Shown in pieces: positions 7,500 to 15,650 of a stretch of 61,659 nucleotides of DNA (its first letter is position 1; each line of letters starts with the position of its first letter). Position numbers and translations under genes: made by a program. This DNA comes from Candidatus Micrarchaeota archaeon CG1_02_55_22 (GTDB taxonomy: Archaea; Micrarchaeota; Micrarchaeia; Norongarragalinales; UBA97). The notes under the pieces are model-generated. The model saw nothing but the letters and a program-made list of their open reading frames with translations. It was not told the origin of the DNA and did not search any database. The stretch is from positions 1 to 61,659 of the forward strand of contig MNVH01000011.1 in NCBI GenBank assembly GCA_001871595.1, written 5' to 3'.

Positions 7500-10400
7500 T
7501 CAAGTCACTTCCTTGTACGCGGGTGGCTTGCGGTTGTGCCACCAGAAACCGTACGCGAGCGTGATTAAAATTGCTATCCCCAACCCGCCCAGGGCGAGGT
7601 CCATCCCGTTGCCACCGCCCGACCCGTAAACGCCTGACGCGAGCGCCATTGCGGTAAACCACTTTCCGTTTTCCGCCAGCTGGAGCGCTTTCTCGGCCGC
7701 AGCCCTCTCCGAATCGCTGCCCGCGCGTCCAAGCGCGGCGTCGACGAGTTGTTTAGCATCTTCGGCGAGCGCCGCACTGCGCAACGACAGCTCGCGAGCC
7801 GCCTCCGTAAACGCGGCCGCGCGTCCCGACACAAAGTCGGCGTCGTATTCGTCTGCGACGATGCCACCGCTGCCATCCTCGCGTGCTAGATTAGCTAACT
7901 CACGTTCAAGCTTTACGGCTTTCTTCGCAGACTCCCGTGCAGCAGTTGCGGCTGGAAGCGATTTTGCGTACTCTTCCGCATCTACAAACGCAGCCTCGAC
8001 AGCACGGGCTTCCGCTAGTACGGATTCCCTTATGTTCATGTAGTCTTCTAGTGCCCGCTTGCGCGCCGACTTTTGTGCGGCGGCTTCGGCTTGCGCTTGC
8101 GAGAGTGCCGTGGCGGCTTTTACTGCAAGGCGGATTGATTGGGCGAGGTTTGCTTGCGCGAGCCGGACCGAGTTGGCCGAGTCGGCGAGTATTTGGGCGC
8201 ACGTTCGCCGCAGCACGTAGTCCTTTGAATCGCAATCGTTTTTTGTAACCGAAGCCAGTGACTTCAAGCTGCCTTCCGCGGCCTTTCGTGCGTTCTTGGC
8301 CGCAACGGTCTTTCCTTCGGTTGCCGCGTCAAGCATTTCTTCGAGCGCGGTGGCGAGTGCCTCGTCGTTCAAGTTTGTTGCGGCTTCAATCGCTTGGCGC
8401 GCTTCTTCCTCCAGCGCGAGTGCCTCTACTGGTAATTCGGGTGGTTCTGACGCGATTGCGTCCAATTCGGAGAGCGCTTCAAGCGTTTTTCCTTCCTTGA
8501 GCAATCCAGTTATCATTGCTTTTTGTGTGGCGTTTGCCGATGATTCGGAGAGCCTTGCTTGCGCGAGTGCTCCGAGCGGGTCGCAGTACGCCTCGTAATA
8601 TATCCTCTTTTTTTCGTCTTGGCCCAGCCTGAATGATACGAAAGCGTAGTGTCTTCCGCCGGAGTCGAACTGCGTTACCTTGTTCAAGTCCTGTCCCTTA
8701 ACCGTGAGCTTGCTGTTGGGGCACGCCGCGGGTTCGTCTATTGTAACCGTGGCCGAAGGTATCTCAACATCCAGAGAGTTTTCCACTTCGTACTCGTAGG
8801 AAATGGAGCTGTCAGTCGCGCTGATTATACTCTTCTTTGCGTGCAGTGGGTCGCGTACTAGGAAAGTGGCTTGTACAATGTTCTCTCCCTTGGCAAGCGG
8901 AACGTGCATCACCAATTCTTTACCGTTGTAGGAGTATGCGGTTGCCCCATCGGCAGACGCGGTCTCGGCGGAATAGTTTGTCGTTACCGTACCCGTTACG
9001 TCTTCGAACGCAGTTATGATGAACAAGCGCGTTACTACCGCGCTTTGAGCGTCGGCGCGTTCGACGGTTGTTTTTGACGAGCCGAGTTGTGCCGCCTTGC
9101 CGCGCGCGGTTACGGTAACCCAGTGAAGCTGGCCTTTTGCGGTAGTGTTTATCGTCATTCTTCCCGCAATAATGCTTGTTCCCGTGCTCGCTTGCCAGTC
9201 AACTATGCGGCCGGGCAACTTTCCAACGTAGAGTTCAACTCCTTGCGCGGGTCCGAGCGAGTTTTCGGCTGAAAATACTGCGTGAAATAATGTTTCTTCT
9301 CCGACCTGCGCTTCTTCGGCCGTAATCGTGGTCTCAAGTTTTTCTTGCAAGTGGGCTTCAACCAGGCTACGTGCTAGGGCAAGGTAGTTGGTGGTGATTG
9401 TGGTGAGTCGGGCGCGTGCTTGGCGCAATCGTCCGACGCTTTCGGGCAGGGGGCCGCGCATAGTGAAAAGCGTTTTTATTTCTTCTAACTCGTTGCGTTC
9501 CGCGTCGCTTGAAGGAATTGCTTCTTCGGCTTCGAACACTACCTCAGCGTATTCTGTCGCAGCTTTAGCCAGCACGCTTTCCTCTATCGCATCTAACCGT
9601 AGGAGTATCTGCGTTGCCGTTTCCGCGGTACCGGTTTCAAGCGCTTCGTTCGCCGCGGCGAGCGCGACTTCTTCTTCAGCAACGGACAGCGCGTCAGTTT
9701 TTGCGCGTAATACTAGGTCTTTGAGTTCGACGAGCCGTGCGCGTGCGGCTAGTACGGGCGCGTCGGGTTCACTTGCTAGCGCAGTGGCAGCCGCTATGTC
9801 TTTTAAGGCGCGGGCGAAGGACTGGATTCTTTCGCCGCGGGGCCTTTCCTCCGCGTTGGCCAGCGTTGCTTTCACGCGTTCGAGCAGTATCTTTGCTGCT
9901 TCTGCCGAGTATGTCTTGCTTGACAGCTCCCGCCGGGCCGCTTGTTCGGCGTTGGCCATTGCCGCGAGCGTGGCAGTTGAGAGCTGTGAGTCGAGTTGTT
10001 TGCTTGACGCGTCTATTGAGAGTACGATGCTGCGTGCCGCTGACAGGTTCGATATCGCTTGCCGGTAAAGCGCGGTTGCCTTTGCCGTGCTGCCGCGTGC
10101 TTTGGTTTTCTGCGTCCTTTCCGCGGAATCGCCCGTCGCCTGCGCTCGCGCCAACAATTGCCGCGCTTCAAGGAGTTGTTCACGGTACGATTTCGACTGG
10201 CTGCTTGTTGCGGTCCTCAATCCCGCGTCGAGCATTTCGAGGGATTCGGGCGAAATGTCTTCGAGGCGTTCTTTCTCCGAGTACTCCAAGGAGAGTTCGG
10301 CGAGCTTGTATTCACGTTCGAACGTTTCGCGGCCGTCCGCCGCTTCCTCTTCCAAGAGTATTAGCGCGTCCGAAGCCTTGTTGTCTAGAGTGATGACTTC

Positions 10401-11072
10401 GCGCAGGATTGAGTCTTCACCAATGAGGTCGCGCACTGGCTTTGAGAAGTCGCCTTTGCCTTCAATGGTCTTGTCCCACGCGTGCGTTACTCCTACCGCC
10501 GTTGTTTGAATGCGCGCGCCAAGGCTCTTAGGGTTAGTCGGGTTTTCTACCTGGGCCTTGATCGATTCGGCTTCCTCGAGAACACCAGTCGCCGCTCCCT
10601 CATAGCCCGCGTCCCGCGCGGCTTCGAGTTCGGCGAGTTTGGCGTCGGCTACGCCGAATGCTTCGCGCACGCTTCGCACGGCGAGCGAGAGCGCGGTGCT
10701 GCCTTTCATACTGCATTCGTAGGATAGATAGCTGAGCGTGAGCGGTGCGGCAGGGGTTATGGCGGCGTAGTCGCGTTGTATTTGTGCGAGCGTCCTTGCC
10801 GAGTCGAGCTCGAGTTTCGCCTTATACGCCAAATCAATTGCTGGAGCGAATTCTGGCCGCGCGCTTATACCGTTAGGCAGGTTGAATGGCTTTACGTAGT
10901 TGCCGCAGTATTCAGTAGTAAGGTAGTAGTAGGATATGTCGGGCGGCTGGGGTTGGAATAGGTGTGAGTATTCGGAGAGAGCGGCAGCGTTGGACGCGAG
11001 TAACAGGATTGCCAGAAGCAGGGCGGGCTTCAACTCGCGCACAATCCTCCCGTGCAGTTCGTGCTGTTGCAC
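7500..11072 (-). CDS. Giant (about 1190 aa) alanine-rich, largely helical surface protein with a C-terminal membrane anchor
   Basis: N-terminal signal-like segment RELKPALLLAILLLASNAAALS. Two long Ala/Glu/Leu-rich helical regions flank a beta-rich middle part (VELYVGKLPGRIVDWQ...YYEAYCDP). The C-terminus has a Gly-rich stretch, a TM helix (LALGGLGIAILITLAYGFWW) and a basic tail. The GTG start at 11072 overlaps the upstream pilin-like gene; the in-frame GTG at 11042 is an alternative. Confidence 0.7.
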   Translation of the reverse strand: MQQHELHGRIVRELKPALLLAILLLASNAAALSEYSHLFQPQPPDISYYYLTTEYCGNYVKPFNLPNGISARPEFAPAIDLAYKAKLELDSARTLAQIQRDYAAITPAAPLTLSYLSYECSMKGSTALSLAVRSVREAFGVADAKLAELEAARDAGYEGAATGVLEEAESIKAQVENPTNPKSLGARIQTTAVGVTHAWDKTIEGKGDFSKPVRDLIGEDSILREVITLDNKASDALILLEEEAADGRETFEREYKLAELSLEYSEKERLEDISPESLEMLDAGLRTATSSQSKSYREQLLEARQLLARAQATGDSAERTQKTKARGSTAKATALYRQAISNLSAARSIVLSIDASSKQLDSQLSTATLAAMANAEQAARRELSSKTYSAEAAKILLERVKATLANAEERPRGERIQSFARALKDIAAATALASEPDAPVLAARARLVELKDLVLRAKTDALSVAEEEVALAAANEALETGTAETATQILLRLDAIEESVLAKAATEYAEVVFEAEEAIPSSDAERNELEEIKTLFTMRGPLPESVGRLRQARARLTTITTNYLALARSLVEAHLQEKLETTITAEEAQVGEETLFHAVFSAENSLGPAQGVELYVGKLPGRIVDWQASTGTSIIAGRMTINTTAKGQLHWVTVTARGKAAQLGSSKTTVERADAQSAVVTRLFIITAFEDVTGTVTTNYSAETASADGATAYSYNGKELVMHVPLAKGENIVQATFLVRDPLHAKKSIISATDSSISYEYEVENSLDVEIPSATVTIDEPAACPNSKLTVKGQDLNKVTQFDSGGRHYAFVSFRLGQDEKKRIYYEAYCDPLGALAQARLSESSANATQKAMITGLLKEGKTLEALSELDAIASEPPELPVEALALEEEARQAIEAATNLNDEALATALEEMLDAATEGKTVAAKNARKAAEGSLKSLASVTKNDCDSKDYVLRRTCAQILADSANSVRLAQANLAQSIRLAVKAATALSQAQAEAAAQKSARKRALEDYMNIRESVLAEARAVEAAFVDAEEYAKSLPAATAARESAKKAVKLERELANLAREDGSGGIVADEYDADFVSGRAAAFTEAARELSLRSAALAEDAKQLVDAALGRAGSDSERAAAEKALQLAENGKWFTAMALASGVYGSGGGNGMDLALGGLGIAILITLAYGFWWHNRKPPAYKEVT

Positions 11073-11284
11073 TCGTTATTGTACCCGCAGGCGCATCCCG
11101 TCGTGGCTTCGCCCCTGATTCGCGCTTCCTGTGGGCAGGCGCCGGTCTCGATGTGTCCAGTATTGTTTACTACCGTGTCGTTTATCGTGCTGATGTTGCC
11201 TTTGCTTACGGTGATTATCGCTACCGCAAAGAGCACCACCGCCGCTACGAGCAGCAGGTATTCAAGGCTGGATTGTCCGCGCAT
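11030..11284 (-). CDS. Class III signal peptide (archaeal type IV pilin-like) protein with a six-cysteine C-terminal module
   Basis: MRG/QSSLEYLLLVAAVVLFAVAIITV matches the archaeal prepilin QxSxEYxxL pattern. The C-terminus is GACPQEARIRGEATTGCACGYNNECNSTNCTGGLCAS. GGGAGA lies just upstream of the ATG. Confidence 0.7.
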   Translation of the reverse strand: MRGQSSLEYLLLVAAVVLFAVAIITVSKGNISTINDTVVNNTGHIETGACPQEARIRGEATTGCACGYNNECNSTNCTGGLCAS

Positions 11285-11362
11285 TTTTCTCCCAGCAATT
11301 AGTTTTCTGGGTTATTATAAGCGTTATTCTTGTACTCGCTTTTTGCAGTATCCGTAGAACTA

Positions 11363-12568
11363 TTAGTTTGACGTGTATTCGAGTGATTTTCCTAGCAATA
11401 AGTCGATTGCTACTGTGGCGTAGCTTCCCGACGGTAAAGAAAAGCGTAGCTTTGCCGCGTCGCCTTCTTGAACGCCCGAAAAGCCTACTAGGGGCATGGC
11501 GGTCGGGCGCAGCGAGCCCTTGCTTGATAGTTCTGGGAACATCTTGATGTTGAAGGATTCCGGCGTCAAGCCCATCTCTTCGAGCGCCGCTTTCGCGTAA
11601 TCGCCGCCCTGGCTTTCGTATCCCGGAATGGCCTGCAACGCGAAAGCCGCTTTCTCAGTGCTAGCTTTCTCTAGGTCAGGAAAACCGTTGACGTCGGCGG
11701 GGCACCACCATTCGGCGTCTTCGAGACATTTCTCCTCGGTCCTGCGCCGCAAGGCGATGTTGAACGCGAGGGATTGGGCAGCGTGGATGAACAATAACTG
11801 CGTGCGCCGGTGCATCGTCCTAAAAGCGCCCGCGTAATCGTTCGGCTTCTTTTCAAGCCATGCAATCATGCTTCTCTCGATATCGAGTTTTCTCGGGAAC
11901 TCTTTCAACGCTTTACCGTAATCCCCGCTCTCGCGCAGTGCCTTGCGTGCCTCGCGCGACTCGGAATCCTCTTTTCCACCCGTCTCACATAAGTATTCGG
12001 TCACGGCGGACTTTACGTCGCCTTTGCAGAGTAGGACGCCGATTTTGTGCGTGTTGCCACGCAGCGAACCGAAGCGTTGCGAGCCGAAGTAGTTGGGCAG
12101 GCGGTAGTTTGCCTTTGCGGCTACTTCGTTTATGGCTTGTGCATCCGGCTTAATGCCGCAATTTCTTTCATTGAGCGTGATGGTGAAGCGGTTGCCCGCG
12201 AGCGCTCCGAGCTTGATTTTTTCGCGGGCCTTCCAAGCGCCGTTGATTTTCACGTCTTTCACGCGCGTCGTCAGGACGCGGCCGGGGTCGACGGCGAACA
12301 CGCTTGCCAACTGCGTCGTCACGGCGTTGCGGTCCTTCATTCCCGCGTAGTCAATACGTTTTTGCGAGACGTGCAGCGCTTTGGCCAGCGCCGCGATTGC
12401 TTGGCTGGTGGCCCAGAGGCGTTTTTGGAGGACGAAGTGCGTGAAGTAGTCGCGTTCGAGCGCCTCGTCATCTTCCTTGCCTAAATCTATGCTTTCGTTC
12501 AGCGCGAGCACGGTGCCGTCGGAGAGGATTTCTTCAACTAGGAATTCTTCTGGTTCGAAAGCGTTCAT
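11363..12568 (-). CDS. truD: tRNA pseudouridine synthase D
   Basis: Motifs PNYFGSQRFGSLRGNTHKIG and the N-terminal EEFLVEEIL fit the TruD/Pus7 family. Length is 401 aa. Confidence 0.8.
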   Translation of the reverse strand: MNAFEPEEFLVEEILSDGTVLALNESIDLGKEDDEALERDYFTHFVLQKRLWATSQAIAALAKALHVSQKRIDYAGMKDRNAVTTQLASVFAVDPGRVLTTRVKDVKINGAWKAREKIKLGALAGNRFTITLNERNCGIKPDAQAINEVAAKANYRLPNYFGSQRFGSLRGNTHKIGVLLCKGDVKSAVTEYLCETGGKEDSESREARKALRESGDYGKALKEFPRKLDIERSMIAWLEKKPNDYAGAFRTMHRRTQLLFIHAAQSLAFNIALRRRTEEKCLEDAEWWCPADVNGFPDLEKASTEKAAFALQAIPGYESQGGDYAKAALEEMGLTPESFNIKMFPELSSKGSLRPTAMPLVGFSGVQEGDAAKLRFSLPSGSYATVAIDLLLGKSLEYTSN

Positions 12569-12588
12569 TTGTGTTGTTCTGCCTGTTA

Positions 12589-12837
12589 CTAGATTAGGAA
12601 GAAGAGTACCATGGTTATGAAGATGGCTACTGCGAATTGGGTTGAGACGTAGGCGAGCGCTGCTAGGGCAAGGGGCCCGCCTATCGCGTATAATTGCAGG
12701 TCGGGGTAGTAGGTGGCGACGTGTATGCCGACGACGATTCCGAGCGTGTATACTAGGAAGATGAACGCCGTAAACTTGCGGACTGTTTCCGAAATGTTGT
12801 CTATGAGGCGCTGGGCGAGCTCGTTCAGGATTCCCAT
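12589..12837 (-). CDS. Small hypothetical membrane protein
   Basis: 82 aa with two or three hydrophobic helices (FIFLVYTLGIVVGIHV, GGPLALAALAYV, FAVAIFITMVLFFLI). No family recognised. Confidence 0.5.
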   Translation of the reverse strand: MGILNELAQRLIDNISETVRKFTAFIFLVYTLGIVVGIHVATYYPDLQLYAIGGPLALAALAYVSTQFAVAIFITMVLFFLI

Positions 12838-12894
12838 AATAAATAGTTCTCTCGGACGGCTTTTAACAGTTTAGTTAGCGTCCTGTCTACGCAC

Positions 12895-15600
12895 CTATTT
12901 GTACCGTAGGAATGCGCCGATGCCGCCGAAGGTGCCTTTGAATGTGGAGCCTTCAGCGGTTTCGATTGAGACGCGGTCGATTGGTATGCCGGCGGTTTCA
13001 GCGATTTTCTGCAGTTCGTCGGCGAGGTTGTTGCTTTCTTTGGTTTTGAGTTTTCCGCCGCACTCGCACTCTTCCTCATCGTTGTCCTCGTCGCTCATCA
13101 GCGTTTTTTCATTGTTGCAGTTGGCGCACACGAGCTTGTTCTCGTACAAGTAGAGGTCTTCGGCCAGTAGCAACCGTTCGGCTTGGCCGCTTTCAAGCGT
13201 TTTCTTTACCTGTCGGTAGCCGTACGTTGCCAAGCCGTTGGTGACGACTTCCTTGATGAACCTGTCGACGAGCTGTTTCTCGACGACTGCCTCGTGCTCT
13301 TTCATGAGGTCGCTGCCCTTGTCGATGACTTCGCGCAAGCCGTACTCGTCCGTGTAGCTGGTGTCCACCATTCCCAAAATCTTAAGTTGGTAGTTGTACG
13401 TCTTTTCCTTGAGGAAATCCTCCTTAGCCGGGCCGGGGCCGCCGACGATGACGCCTTTCATGTTTTTATAGGTTAGAAAAGAGTCCATTGCTTCGCCGAT
13501 GCGCTTCTGGTAATACTCGATTCCTTCCTCGCGCAAGCGCCCGTAGCGTTGTGACGAGTTGTGGGCGATTATCCCTTGGGCGATAAAGTTCTCGTTGCCG
13601 GGTATTTCAAGGTCGTAGAAGTTTATTCCTTCGGCGGGTGCGTTTTCTATTGATTCAATGCGGGCAATGGTGGCATCGGATTCGGCGTATTGGTTGAGCA
13701 TTTCCTTGTTTTCTTCGGGTAGTGTGGATGCGAGTTCGAGCAGGTAGTTTCTTCCAAGCAGCCGCGTGCCTGAGAGAAAGGGCTGGAATCTTGCCCGAAC
13801 AATTGCGTTCAGTCCTTTGTTTTTGACGAGCTTGGCGGTAAACTTGCCGTTTATTGGTGCATGGTTGGCTTGGCTTTTGCTCGTATTGGCTTCAAGCAGC
13901 CTTTCTAGTTTGGCGTTCTTTTCAGTGCTTGTTAAGCCGATCTGTACTTTGAACGCTTCAAGTTCGTTCCTTCCGCGAAACACTATAGTGTATTGCGGTT
14001 TGTAACGGGTTTTTTTGTGTAGTACGGAGGTAACAATGCCGAAGCGTTGTAGCATTAGCGCTATTTGTCGGACAAGTCTTTCGTTTATCATGCTTAAGCC
14101 AATTCCTCGCACGCTGACGTTTCCTTCCGCGTCAAAGATGCCTCGCAGGAATGCTGATGCGATTTCGTCAGGGGCGGACATTATACGCGCAGGAATGCTT
14201 CGCGCCAAGCCTTTGGCAGTGGCTTCGGGAAAGTTGGTTCGTAAGTATTCTGTTAGTGCCAAACTGTAGGCGCGTGTCTCGATGTATCTTTCACCGAAGC
14301 CCGTAGAACGCCGCCTTTCGCGTAAGCTAGTATTAACGCCGAGGTTCTCTGTTAGTATTTCCCGGTAATAGTTCGCCACTTCCAGACGGTCTTCGTAGAG
14401 TGTTATTCGGTTGCGTTCAGTGGTACCATCTCCTATCAGGTAGCCGAGTAGTTGCGCGAGTTCTGGTGTAAGGTTTGTTGGCAGGTTTGCGCCGCGGACT
14501 GAAACGTTTTCGTAGAATTCTTCAGGCAACCCGTAAAACGAGACGAGTTCTCCGAGTTTTTGAATGCTTTGGCGCTTCCCGGTTTCAAGGTTTGATATGC
14601 TCATCTGTTCACAGCCGAGAGATTCGGCTACTGTTTGTTGAGTCAGGCCGCGGGTTGTGCGGACCTTTTTCAGTATCAAGCGCCCGGCTTCCGAAACCAC
14701 TGCTTCTACTCGAGGCATTGTGAGCGGGGGGTTTATTGAAGTTATACGAAGTTTGCTTGTAAGTAGGAGCAGGTCGCCCTTTTTGAGTTCGCACGCGAGC
14801 TTTTCCTCCGTTCCCGTCTCAGTCTCACAGAAGAACCGGTGTTCGTTGGTTGCTATTAATTCGGTTGTCGGACTGCGAGTCCGAATTCTAAGCGCGTGGG
14901 GTGCAGTTCTAGCGTAAACGTTTGTGCACTCAGCAGGTTCAATCATTTGTTTTTTGAAATTATAAGAGAGTACGGACTCTCCGGGCTTAACGTCGCGTAT
15001 TTCTTTTATAGTTCCATCCGCCATTTGGACTAGCGTCTTTTCGTGTAGACACTGTCCGCCTTTGTGAGTTTTGCTGTGCGCGGTGGAGTGGATTTGCTTG
15101 ATTACCTTGATTTGTTTGCCGACGAGCGCGGCAATGGTTGCTTCCTTGCCATCCATAACAACCAGGCCGTACGTGTCGGTGGTGTTGATAAGCTCGTTGA
15201 GTGGTTCGAGTACGAACATTGATTCGCACCGATAGAATTGTGTGACAATGGGCACGGGCGGGATGACGGAATAGAGTTCGACGTCGGGACGGCCTTCGAC
15301 TTCCGAGACGTTGCCTGCAAAGACTGCCATGCCCATATCGGGCGTGGTTTTGAACGTCTTTAGGTATTGCATTATCTTGTCGAGCGCGGCCTGTACGTTT
15401 TTCTTTGTCGAGGCGCTCTTGATGTTGCTTGCCTGCCCGTACTCCTCTTTGAGTTTACCAGTAATGTCGCTTATGGGGTAGCCGGGCGTCATATAGACGC
15501 TTACTAGTTCGGTGCCGCGGCCGCGGAACTTCTTTAGCGCCTCAACTTGTTTCTTGAATTCGTATAACGCGAGTGACTTATTGTCGTTGCTTGCAGCCAT
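12895..15600 (-). CDS. prf1: Peptide chain release factor aRF1, interrupted by an intein
   Basis: The N-extein has NIKS (GQASNIKSASTKKN) and ends ...THKGGQ. The C-extein begins SSQRYGRLREEG... and carries a CxxC...CxC mini zinc-ribbon. The exteins total 403 aa (183 + 220). Confidence 0.9.
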   Translation of the reverse strand: MAASNDNKSLALYEFKKQVEALKKFRGRGTELVSVYMTPGYPISDITGKLKEEYGQASNIKSASTKKNVQAALDKIMQYLKTFKTTPDMGMAVFAGNVSEVEGRPDVELYSVIPPVPIVTQFYRCESMFVLEPLNELINTTDTYGLVVMDGKEATIAALVGKQIKVIKQIHSTAHSKTHKGGQCLHEKTLVQMADGTIKEIRDVKPGESVLSYNFKKQMIEPAECTNVYARTAPHALRIRTRSPTTELIATNEHRFFCETETGTEEKLACELKKGDLLLLTSKLRITSINPPLTMPRVEAVVSEAGRLILKKVRTTRGLTQQTVAESLGCEQMSISNLETGKRQSIQKLGELVSFYGLPEEFYENVSVRGANLPTNLTPELAQLLGYLIGDGTTERNRITLYEDRLEVANYYREILTENLGVNTSLRERRRSTGFGERYIETRAYSLALTEYLRTNFPEATAKGLARSIPARIMSAPDEIASAFLRGIFDAEGNVSVRGIGLSMINERLVRQIALMLQRFGIVTSVLHKKTRYKPQYTIVFRGRNELEAFKVQIGLTSTEKNAKLERLLEANTSKSQANHAPINGKFTAKLVKNKGLNAIVRARFQPFLSGTRLLGRNYLLELASTLPEENKEMLNQYAESDATIARIESIENAPAEGINFYDLEIPGNENFIAQGIIAHNSSQRYGRLREEGIEYYQKRIGEAMDSFLTYKNMKGVIVGGPGPAKEDFLKEKTYNYQLKILGMVDTSYTDEYGLREVIDKGSDLMKEHEAVVEKQLVDRFIKEVVTNGLATYGYRQVKKTLESGQAERLLLAEDLYLYENKLVCANCNNEKTLMSDEDNDEEECECGGKLKTKESNNLADELQKIAETAGIPIDRVSIETAEGSTFKGTFGGIGAFLRYK
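13558..15051 (-). mobile_element. Intein (498 aa) with LAGLIDADG homing-endonuclease and XRE-type HTH modules
   Basis: Cys1 in CLHEKTLVQMADG, block B TNEH, LAGLIDADG motifs LLGYLIGDGT and FLRGIFDAEGN, block F FYDLEIPGNENFIA, and terminal GIIAHN followed by Ser+1. Boundaries were checked at codon level: GGC GGA CAG|TGT at 15060-15049 and CAC AAC|TCG at 13563-13555. Confidence 0.85.
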
Positions 15601-15650
15601 TTCAATTACCTAATTGGCCCGCAACCTATTTTAATGACGGTTACGGGGGT

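Noticed and set aside
7574-11118. Many long ORFs in other frames or on the opposite strand inside the 1190-aa gene (for example 9388-10068+, 9737-10393+, 8296-8598+, 7906-8235-).
   Set aside because: They are Ala/Arg/Ser/Leu-rich low-complexity translations, typical of alternative frames of a GC- and GCN-codon-rich gene. They have no start context or recognisable motifs. The minus-strand 1190-aa frame has coherent signal, domain and anchor architecture.
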